This document shows positions 22,261 through 34,700 of a stretch of 64,000 bases of DNA, piece after piece (position 1 is the first letter of the stretch; each line of letters opens with the position of its first letter). The stretch is from positions 10,168,001-10,232,000 of the forward strand of contig NC_043008.1 in NCBI RefSeq assembly GCF_006345805.1, written 5' to 3'. The stretch comes from Octopus sinensis. Lineage: Eukaryota. The position numbers were made by a program, and so were the translations under genes. The notes below the pieces were generated by a model. That model did no database searches. It saw only the letters and a list, made by a program, of their open reading frames with translations, and was not told the DNA's origin.

Positions 22261-25200
22261 GCATATATACGACAGGCTTCTTTCAGTTTCCGTCAACCAA
22301 ATCTACTCACAAGGCTTTGGTCGGCCCGAGGCTATAGTAGAAGACACTTGCCCAAGGTGCCACGCAGTGGGACTGAACCCAGAACCATGTGGCTGGTAAA
22401 CAAGCTACTTACCACACAGCCACTCCTGAAATACATATAAATGAAGGGCTTCTTTCAGTTTCTGTCTACCAAATCCACTTACAAGGATATAATCAGCCTG
22501 AGGCTATAGAAGAAGGCACTTGATCAAAGTGCTATGTTTACATTCTTAGAATTTCCTCTCACAGCTAGGCTTTCCAATATAATATTTAAATTTATTTCAT
22601 GTCCTTGAGATTGATGTTGTGCATGAAATATATGTTGACTGACAATCTTAAAAAGCATAAATAATATCAATTAAACTGTTTCAGTAAATCATCCAAACCA
22701 AAGAAGCAAAGGTTCACCTATTAATGGGGCCTCCACACATCGCTTCAACGCATATTATGAAGCTTTTCCGTAACCATTTCAGTGGACCGTGCAGCTCGAA
22801 GATTTCATTAATCAAATGGTGTAACGGCTCGGCAATGGAATCGCGGTTCTGTTCCTCTTTACCACTTTGAAAAGAAACAGAAAAAAAAAAAATATTCAAA
22901 GGAAAAAAAAAACAAACAAACAAAAACACATCTCAATATGGTGATTTTATTGTGTAAGAAACAACACTGGAAATTTGTTGTGATTTATTATGGATTTTAA
23001 GTTCAGCCAATGTCAGCATTATCTGTCATCCTTCGAGGAACAATAAAAGAAGGTACCAGAGTAATCGACCGGCTCCCACTTTTAAATTTTCATGCTTTGT
23101 GCCTAAAGTAGGAAGGATTATTACTGTTATTATTATTATTGAGGTGGTGAGCTGGCAGAATCGTTAGCACACCGGGATATATGCTTAGCAGCACTTTGGC
23201 TCTTGGCACATTCTGAGTTCAAATTCTGTTGAGGTCGACTTTGCCTTTCTTCCTTTCGGGGTTGATGTAATCAACTATACCCCTCCCCCGAAATTTCAGG
23301 CCCCAAAATTATTATCATGAAGGTAGCTAGTTGGCAGAATTGTTAGCATGCTGGACGAAATGTTTAGCGGTATTTCGCCCGTTGCTATGTTCTGAGTTCA
23401 AATTCCGGCGAGGTCGACTTTGCCTTTCATCCTTCCGGGCTTGATAAATTAAGTACCAGTTACGCACTGGGGTCCATGTAATCGATTAGTCCCCTCCCCA
23501 ACAATTTCAGACCTTGTGTCTAAAGTAGAAAGGATTATTATTATCATCATTATTTCTAAAATAGGCACTAGGCCAGAAATTTAAAGGGAGAGGAGCAGTC
23601 AATTCTATTGACCCCCACCCTGGCACTTGACTGGTTCTTTATTTCATTTGTCCCAGAAAGGTGACAAGCAAAAATTGATCATGGCAGGATTTGAACTTAG
23701 AAACTAAACAGCTGAAACATATACTGCAGAGCAGGTTGCAATGCTGTCCTTCCTTCCTTGACTAAATGGTAAAAAATGGACTACTGCTACACACCTCGCA
23801 TAACATTACACAGCCACACAGCATTACGCTTCTCATATCCGACTCGTGGCCGATGCCAGCACCACCTCGACTGGCTTCTGTGCCGGTGGCACGTAAAATA
23901 CACCAATCCGACCGTGGCCGTTGCCAGCCTCGCCTGGCACCTGTGCAAGTGGCACGTAAAAAGCACCCACTACACTCACGGAGTGGTTGGCGTTAGGAAG
24001 GGCATCCAGCTGTAGAAACATTGCCAGATAAGACTGGAGCCTGGTGCAGCCTTCTGGCTTCCCGGATCCCCGATCGAACCGTCCAACACATGCTAGCATG
24101 GAGAACAGACGTTAAACGATGATGACGAAGATGATGATGATATAAGCTAATAATGTCCACTTTCTGTATACAAGGAGGTGCCGGAAAGTTCCTGGCTTTG
24201 GATAAAAGAAAATACAGGAGGATCCCTTAATTATGATTTTATTTAACATATCCTCCGTATGTGGCTGATGCCAGTGCCGCCTTGACTGGCTTCCGTGTCT
24301 GTGGCACGTAAAAAACACCAACTGATCGTGGCCGTTGCCAGCCTCCCTTGGCACGTAAAAAGCACCCACTACACTCTCGGAGTGGTTGGCGTTAGGAAGG
24401 GCATCCAGCTGTAGAGACACTGCCAGATCAGACTGGAGCCTGGTGCAGCCTCCTGGCTTCCAAGATCCCTGGTCGAACCATCAACCCATGCTAGCCTGGA
24501 AAATGGACGTTAAACGATGATGATGATGATGATGATATTCCCCTCTCAGATTCACACACTTATTGCAAAAGTCTTTCAGTTTTTCTAAGCCCTGTAAAAG
24601 AACTCAGAAGGTTGGGCCTTCAACCAATCCTTTTGTAATACCCTTAAAGCCAGAGCTTTTCAGTGCCCCACCCCCTCATAAAACAAGAAACTTGTTGTCA
24701 ACAGAAACATTAACAGCTTCCACATTCCCCTTGTTGACACCCTAACAACAACAGCAACAACAACATCAATATTGAACCAGGGAACTTACCCTTCACAGTT
24801 AACAAACAGGAATTCATCTTCAGCATCAGTGTCAGAGTTAACAGGGAGTCTGGATAAAACAAAGAACATTCAAAATTAGATTTCATTTTGTCTCTCTGAA
24901 CTTGTCACGTTAATTAATCTGATAGCAATTAATATTTTCTGTATTAATCAGCTTCTTTATTTAGCTTTCTGTTTTTAGTTCCCTATTTCAGTCGCTCCAA
25001 CCTCCAGTAACCTTCAACCCTTTAGCATTCAGATTGCACCAACCGATCGTGGCCGTTTGCCAGCCTCCTCTGGCCCTTGCACTGGTGGCACGTAAAAAGC
25101 ACCCACTACACTCATGGAGTGGTTGGCATTAGGAAGGGCACCCAGCTGTAGAAACACTGCCAGATCAGACTGGAGCCTGGTGCAGCCTCCTGGCTTCCCA

Positions 25201-27414
25201 GACCCCGGTCAAACCGTCCAACCCATGCCAGCATGGAAAACGGACGTTAAACGATGATGATGATTATTCTATTAAATGTAGTAGTAGTGGTGGTGGTAGT
25301 TGTAGTAGTAGTAGTAGTAGTAGTAGTATAGCAACAGCAACAGTAGTAGTGGTATGGGGGCTTGCACTGTAACAGCGCATCACTACGTCCACCATTTTTT
25401 GGATTCCCTATTCCTGGTGGATGATGCCTCTGCATGATCCTCCAACACATGGGTCTGTTTTGGGTACTCAATGCTGGAAAGGGTTTTGAGGCTGGTGCTG
25501 GTGGCATGTATAAAGCACCCAGCACACTCTGTAAAGTGGTTGGAAGGGCATCCAGCTGCAGAAACCATGCCACAACAGACAGCTGGAGTCTGGACAGCTC
25601 CCAGCTGACCAGCTTCATGTCTAACCGTCTAACCCGTGCCAGCATAGACAACAGACCTTAAATAATGACGATGGGTGCAAATCCTACTTTAACCCCAATG
25701 AAATGAAGTGTTTTGCTCGAGAACATAACATGTTGCCTAGTCCAGGAATTGAACCCATGATCTGACAACTACGAGTGAAAAACCCTAACCACTAGGCCAT
25801 GCAACTCCTTGTGTTAAATGTAATGCTAATCTATTCATTTTGTTTTAACCCCTTAGCATTTAAACAGACCATATCCAGCCCAAATATGCTACATGTTTTT
25901 ACATTCTAACCAGAGCACTGTATACAATAATTTCATTATTATTATTACTATTATATTATTATTATTATTATTATTATTAATATCATGTACTCACTTCCGA
26001 AACAATTTACCAAGAGAAAAGTTCCAGTTGCTTCGGTTTTGTGTCTGCTGACTGAGGAAGTCTGGCGCCGGTGAGAGGAATTCAAAGAGTGCTTCACTTT
26101 GAGCCATACGATCGTCTTTCATTACAGTCTACAAGCAGAATGGAAAGGAATTAACTTAACAAACATTTAATGAAATACAGTTTATAAATAAAGTAAAACA
26201 TTCATAATAATGTGAAGATCAATATATTCAAGACATAACTAATGCAATGTGATTGGTTATATGGATAGAGATATAACCATGTGATTTCCTCAAGGACTGA
26301 CACCCTACATAGTTTCTAACCAGGAAGAAGCTGCCTGACTCAGCTCTTACACTATGACTGGGTGTTGAAACAGGTGCTCAACCACTCAAATGTGGATGTG
26401 ATGTATCTCAACTTTGCAAAGGCCTTCAATAAAGTCAATCATGGATGATATGTCAAAAAAAGCTGCGTGGTCTCGGCATAGTCAGGAAATTGGGAGAATG
26501 GTTGCATGACTTTCTGAAGGATAGAAGTCAGGTGGTAGTAGCCAATGGGGCCACCTCCAATGACATGCAAATAGAGAGCGGTTTTCCACAAGGTACTGTT
26601 TTGGGACCACTGCTGTTCATTATGGCCCTCTCAGATATGCCCCCAGCCACACACAGAACCACAGTTACCAAGTTATGCTGATAGCACAAGGCTTGAAACT
26701 TTTCAGTATTAAACTGCATGCTATTCTTCTCAGCCAACATTCTAGGTGCATAGTGCCTTCGGGGTTCTGTATCACCTGTGAGACTTTTGTATCATCTGTA
26801 TAACTTGTGATCATGGCTCTCTGTGTGGCTGAGGGCATGTCTGAGAGGGCCATTATGAACAGTAGCAGTCCCAAACAGTGCCTTGTGGAAAACTGCTCAC
26901 TATTTGTGTGTCATTAGAGGTGGCCCCATTGGCTACTACCACTTGACTTCTATCCTTCAGAAAGTCATGCATATTAGGTTCATAAGTTATCGGTAAAGAC
27001 AAGGATGAACATGAGTTTATCAAGAATCAAAATTTGAAGAAAACAGAAAGTACTGATGAACAACGATTGACATACATCAATTATTATTTATTTATTCAAT
27101 GCAAATAGACTGCATCACATCAGTCTATTTGCATTGAATTCATCATCATCATCATCATCATCATCATCGTTTAACGGCTGCTTTCCATGCTAGCATGGGT
27201 TGAACGGTTCAACTGGGGTCTGGGAAGCCCGAAGGCTGCACCAGGCCAGTCAGATCTGGCGGTGTTTCTACAGCTGGATGGCCTTCATAACGCCAACCAC
27301 TCCGTGAGTGTAGTGAGTGCTTTTTATGTGCCACCGACACAGGTGCCAGGCGAGGCTGGCAACGGCCACGATCGAATGGTCTTTGTTACGTATATATGTA
27401 TGTGTGTATTTATG

Positions 27415-27469
<55 letters not shown>

Positions 27470-30400
27470 TTATATATATATATAATATATATTATATATA
27501 TATATTATATATATATATACACACATGTATGTATATAATCATGTTCCATGCCTGCATGGGTTGGACAAAAATGTTTTTCAGTGCCTACTGGAATCATAAT
27601 CCAGACACACCATAAATTGTGCAGACATGCTAAACACTAAGGCAATTGTCATTTTATTCAATCTTTCACTCATTCATCCATCCATACATACATACATGTT
27701 TTGTGCGTGTGTGTGTAATTGCACACACAATTACGGAGAAAGAGAGTGAGAAATGGTAAAGTGTAATGCATAAATGAAAATCAGAAGAATTCCTTTTTTT
27801 CTTTGTTGCAGATTGCAGAAGAGATGGAAAAAGAAAGAAAAATGTTTCAGTTACAAGCATGTGAAGTAAGTATCTTTAATGACAGGACGGGCATCTGACT
27901 GTAGAGCAATGCTTTAGTAATATTTATTCGTCTGACCTTTACTACCACTGCAAAATAGACAATATAATGAACAAAATATCAGAATGAAAATTGTATTTTC
28001 ACCATTCAGCTGGTCATTATATTTCTTGACCATCCAACACTGACATCAACAGATCAGCTGTCCTCTATTATAATGACCATCACTACTGGCATTTCAAGTT
28101 TACCAGGTCACTATGTAACTGACCACTAATAACTGATATCTACTTATTGCTAATGTATATGTAATAAACCCTTAAAGAGAGAGCCCCAGGATGACCACAG
28201 TCCAATGACTGAAACAAGAAAAGGATAAAAGATAGATAGTCCCCTAAAACATTTAGTCATGGGACCCCTAGGCTAATCCCTGTTTTGATAGAGAAAGTGG
28301 GCTTAACTCTAGCATTTAATCCAGCCATTTCTGGTCCAGATATTCTCGTGGTTTTATGTTAAAACTGAGCAGATCCAATGTCTCACACCTACCTTACAAG
28401 GTCATTCTAAAAATAAACAACCACATCATAGAAATTGTGAAGCTATGAGAAAATGCATGATTAATTCAAAACAATGTGAATAAATAAGGTTTACATTTGA
28501 CAAAGAAATCTGAATGTTCAAGAGTTAAAGTTGTATTTGTGTGGCCTATTCTATCCATATCAGATACCATAAGCATCCACATAAATCTTTGGCATTGCTA
28601 GCTTTCCATACTTTGTGATTTTGGCATTGCTAGCTTTCCATACTTTGTGATTTTGGCATTGCTAGCTTTCCATACTTTGTGATTTTGGCACTGCTAGGTT
28701 TCCATACTTTGTGATTTTGGCACTGCTAGGTTTCCATACTTTGTGATTTTGGCACTACTAGCTCTCCATACTTTGTGATTTTGGCATAGCTAGTTCCATA
28801 CTTGTGATTTTGGCATTGCTAGGTTTCCATACTTTGTGATTTTGGCATTGCTAGTTTCCATACTTTGTGATTTTGGCATTGCTAGGTTTCCATACTTTGT
28901 GATTTTGGCATTGCTAGCTTTCCATACTTTGTGATTTTGGCATGCTAGGTTTCCATACTTGTGATTTTGGCACTGCTAGGTTCCATACTTTGTGATTTTG
29001 GTATTGCTAGCTTTCTATACTTTGTGATTTTGGCACTGCTAGTTTCCATACTTTGTGATTTTGGCACTGCTAGGTTTCCATACTTTGTGATTTTGGCACT
29101 ACTAGCTCTCCATACTTTGTGATTTTAGCACTGTTAGCTTTCCATACTTTGTGATTTTGGCATAGCTAGTTTCCATACTTTGTGATTTTGGCATTGCTAG
29201 GTTTCCATACTTTGTGATTTTGGCACTGCTAGCTTTCCATACTTTGTGATTTTGGCACTGCTAGCTCTCCATACTTTGTGATTTTGGCATTGCTAGCTTT
29301 CCATACTTTGTGATTTTGGCATTGCTAGGTTTCCATACTTTGTGATTTTGGCACTGCTAGGTTTCCATACTTTGTGATTTTGGTATTGCTAGCTTTCTAT
29401 ACTTTGTGATTTTGGCACTGCTAGTTTTCTCGAAAAATTTTTCGAAACTTTTCACCGAAAATTTAATCAAAAAGTTTTTCGAAAATTTTCACCGAAAATT
29501 TTCTCGAAAATTTTCCGAAAATTTTCACAGAAAATTTTACCCAAAAAATTTTCGAAATTTTCACCGAAAATACAATATGGCCTTCCATACAACAGGTATT
29601 GTTATTTACATGTTAAACACTGAAAGAACTTACAATGAGATAATTATTGAGAGTTTCTTTAGCTTTCTCCAGAAAAGATTCCCCAATGGATTTAAACCAC
29701 ATCTTATTGGTACTTGGAAGTTCCTTCTTTTTCAGCCATGCACCAATCTGTCAGAAAGATAAAGAAAATAAACAAAAGTTCAACAAAGAAACCAGACAAA
29801 TGGTTTTACCCTTTAGTGTTTAAACCGGCCATATCCGGACCAAATATTCTATATGTTTTATATTCAAACTGGCGATATCTAGCTTCTCACACCTAACCTA
29901 CATTGACATTCTAAAAATAAACAATCACATTATTGAAACCTCAAAGTTATAAGATAATGCATGATTAATTAAAAACAATTTGAGTAAAAAAATATTACAT
30001 TTAACAGAGTAATCTGAACACTAAAGGGTTGTGCAACCAAACGCATACCCTCCATCAGACACCTACCATATTCTGAGCGCCTTGTTTCCCTGGGCATGGA
30101 TTCACTGAAGCTCCGGCTTTGGCGACGGACTTGGTAAACACCCACAAAAGTTATCAACCACCTCACCAACAACAACACTGAACACTTTTTGATCTCCATG
30201 TGTCTAACACACGTGGACATGCCTACAAAGTCAGAAAACAATACAGCTCCCATGACTTTGGAAACATTTTTTCACGCTCAGAGTTGCTGAAGCATGGAAT
30301 AAACTGCCTGCGTCATTGTTGACTGCCATGACACGCATCCTTTAAGGCCCTCATGCTTTCCGAAATCCGCCGAAACTACACCTGATTATATATACAATTT

Positions 30401-31232
30401 AGATGAGTTGTAGTGCACCTGAGCACTGACACAATTATTATTTATTATTATTATTACAACCATATTTTCAAGGAAATACACTCTAAGTATGAGGCAGTGT
30501 TGAAAACTTCCTGGTTTGGGGTAGAAGAAAATACAGGGGAATCAGTTAATTATGATTCTATTCAACATATTCCCCCCTCAGATTCACACACTTATTGCAG
30601 CAGTCCTTCAGTTTTTCTAAGTCCTGTAAAAGAACCCAGAAGGTTGGGCCCCCAAAAGGCCTTTCGTGACACCTTTAAAGCCAGGAACTTTACAGAACCT
30701 CCTTGTACTTCAATTCATTTTAAAATAATCAAGAATTTGAAAAAATTTACTCAAAAATATTTTTTGTTATTAAGCTGGTGTTTGGACCACAACAAAAAGT
30801 TCTTCTTTAAAGTTATAAAGGATGGTTTTAATATAAACAAGAATGCTTTTAAAACAAAATATTTTGCTTCATAGAACTGAAGGTGGTCTTAGGCAAGTTG
30901 GTATAAAAACGGTTAAGTAATAAACAAGAAAAAAAAAAGCTCATTAACCCTGTAGCATTCAGATCAATCTGCCAAATGCAATGCTCATATAGTCATGTTT
31001 TGAATTAAACATGCATTACCTTGTAGCTTCGAAATTTTGATGGTATGATTGTTCAGGTTTAAAATGATATTGTAGGGCAGATGTAAGGGGTATGATCTGG
31101 TCGGTTTGAGAATAAAGCAGGTAGAATGTTTTGGCTGGATATGACCAGTTTAAATGCCGAAGGGTCAAAGTTATTTAACTCAATAACTCCAACTTAGGAA
31201 TATAGATTAAGATTACAGGAATTCAGTAGAAG

Positions 31233-31264
<32 letters not shown>

Positions 31265-31672
31265 CTGTAATATAATGTGATTATATATATATATGGCATG
31301 TAAAAAGCACCATTTGAGCGTGAACATTACCAGCGTCGCCTTACTGGCACATGAAAAAGCATTTGAGTGAGGTCGTTGCCAGTGCCGCTGGACTGGCTCC
31401 TGTGCAGGTGGCACATAAAAAGCACCATTTGAGTGTGGCCATCGCCAGTGCCACCTGACTGGCCCTCGTGCCTGTGGCACGTAAAAACACCCACTACACT
31501 CTCAGAGTGGTTGGCATTAGGAAGGGCGTCCAGCTGTAGAAACTCTGCCAGATCAGATTGGTGCCTGGTGCAGCCATCTGGTTCGCCAGTCCTCAGTCAA
31601 ATCGTCCAACCCATGCTAGCATGGAAAGCGGATGTTAAATGATGATAATGTGTGTGTGTGTGTATGTGTGTA

Positions 31673-31709
<37 letters not shown>

Positions 31710-34700
31710 ATGTATGTATGTATGTATGTATGTATGTATGCATGCAATGTCTGTGCAAGACCCTGCCTCAGTAAAGCTGGACTCATGAGTCATCTTCGTA
31801 GTCATAAAACGAGACAGATGAGTGACAACCTGGCCACTGGTGGTGGTGTAACACACCATACAAATCATATCTGTCGGGCACGTGGAAGACAGTGTAATTC
31901 GGCAGGAGGACTTAAACGACATGCAAAGGTACATGAAGCCCAGTTACAACTACAGCCAGCTATTACCGGTAAAGGTCTTAGTTGCCAATTTTGTACAAGA
32001 CATAGTAGATCTTTAGCTGGGCTAAAAAGTCACATTCAATCACAGCACCAATAACAGTTAAGCTCCGTGCAATGGCCATACTCGATAACGAGGGGGCAGC
32101 CATAATAATGTATGTATGTAAGTAAGTAAGTAATATATAGTGATTTCTTGCAGGTATAATCTTTCTGCTTTTGATGCTGTAACAAATCAAATGACTCTAT
32201 TTACCTGGATGAGCTTTTCATGCAAAACACCAAAATCAGCCAATGTTCGAGAAATCGACCAGCCTTCACTTTTCATTAATGAGTCGGCATCGTCAACATC
32301 AACACCAATAACGAAGTAAGGAGTTAATTTGTCTCCTTCTGAAACAATCTGTTACGAAATAAACAATTAACAAACAATGATAAAGACAATGATAATTACT
32401 CGATAAATAATTAATAAATCAGACTTTAGAATTAGTGAGAATATAGGGCATGGTGGTTGTTTAGCTCCAATCCAACCATGGCCAACTATATCTATAATCT
32501 ATAATCTTTGGTCATAATCATAGATCTTGGCCAAACAGATCTATAATTTATAATCAAACAAGTTTCAGATTTTTAATCCTACATGCTGAGAACCCCTTTG
32601 GTCATGACTGACCATGGCATTGCATCTAGAAAGTTACCCTCCGAGGTACAAGTCCAGGCAAGGTTGTTTATGGAAGACCAGCAGTCACCCATGCATACCG
32701 GCCTCCCCTCTCCACACCACTGATGTTATCCAAGGGAAAGGCAAAGGGGCCGACCCATTTTATTAACCTTACATTGAACAGTATTGTCAACATCATCAGA
32801 GTCTGAACCCAGAACATAGAGGGACAAAACCAAATATAATAGTAAGATATTTAATCTTGAGCAATCTACTTCTTTAACCCTTTCGTTACCAACCCGGCTG
32901 AAACCGGCTCTGGCTCTTTAGTATAAATGTTTTGTTCTCAGAAGTTTTGAATTAAAAATCTTCCACCAAACTTTAGTCACAATTTATGTTCCTAACACTA
33001 GCTTAATGAAAACTAAGTTATTTTACTAAATTCTTTGTTATATTTAAAATCAATTGAAAGAAACACACAGAGCATCTCAACAGAAATATGGTAACAAAAT
33101 GGTTAATAAATGATTAATTTAACCCTTTCAATACTAACCTGGCTGAAACTGCCTCTGGTTCTGTAATACAAATGTCTTGTTTTCATAAGTTCTGAATTAA
33201 AATCTTCCACCAAACCTTAGTCACTAAGCTAGCTTAATGATGACTAGCTGAATGATAACTAAGTTATTTTACTAAATTCTTTGTTATATTTAAAATAATC
33301 GAAAGAAACAAAGAGCATCTCAAAATAAATATGGTAACGAAAGGGTTAACCTCTTCAATGCTCTTAAATGAACCATAATAATGTGATCAGCTTACATCAG
33401 CGCTGTGCACTTGAGCCTTCCATTTGCCCTGGTTTTCCCACCATAAATCTGTTCGTTGAACATAAGCAGCAAACTGGTTCTTCTCACAATGCAACGTTTC
33501 CAATTCTTTCTTTAAGTCTTCGACAACTTTTTTAAACTGGAAAGAGAGAAAAATTGATAACATATTGACATACACTAAACATTATTTGTGCATGCATACA
33601 TATGCACACACATTCAGACACATGCATATATATGCACACACATTCATTCTGCATACATATGCACACACATTCATTCTGCATACATATGCACACACATTCA
33701 GACACATGCATACATATGCACACACATTCATTCTGTCACTCTGTCAGTTATGATGGTGAGGGTTCCAGTTGATCTGAACAATGGAATAGCTTCCTCATGA
33801 AATTAATGTGCAAGTGGTCGAGTACTCCAGATACATCTACCTTTAATGTAGTCATCAGGAGATTCAGTGTGACACAAAATGTGATAAGGCTGGCCCTTTG
33901 AATTACAGGTACATCTCAGTTTTGCCAACACCACCACCACCACCAGTATCACCACCTTCATCACCATCATCACCACCATCATCATCATCGTCATCGTCAT
34001 CATCATCATCATCATCATCATCGTTTAACGTCCACTTTCCATGCTACCATGGGTTGGACGATTTGACTGAGGACTGGCGAACCGGATGGCTGCACCAGGC
34101 AGGGCAAAATGAAATCAAGAGTCTTGCTCAAGGACCCAAAATGCCACCAAGAATCAAACCCACAACCTTACAATCCTCAGCCAAATAATCTAACCACTCA
34201 GCTACAAACCTTCACAAATATCATCATCATCGTTGTTTAACGTCCGTTTTCCATGCACCAGGCTCCAGTCTGATCTGGCAAGGTTTCTACAGCTGGATGC
34301 CTTTCCTAACGCCAACCACTCCGAGAGTGTAGTGGGTGCTTTTTACATGCCACCAGCAGGGTGGGCCTGGCATCAATCACGTTCGGATTGTGCTTTTACG
34401 TGCCACTGGCACGGGAGCCGGTCAGGGGCCACTGGCATCGGCCACGTTCAGATGGTGCATATATATCAGTGATATCTGGTAATCGTTATTACAGAGCATA
34501 TTATCATACTGAACCTTCTTCTCTGACATATTGGGAGATTAACATCACCACTGGACCTGAGTGGCCCTTAAGGACTTCTCTTAGTTGCAGATATTCGGGT
34601 TAGCCCTAATAATAACGACGTGACTTAACATCTTCAAACTAGGGCAAAAATCATCATCATCATCGTTTAACGTCCGCTTTCCATGCTAGCATGATGGCTG

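Noticed and set aside
29406-29762. 118-aa ORF with FSENFHRK repeats
   Set aside because: It is a translation of the GAAAATTTTC tract and is antisense to SNX25 exon 16.
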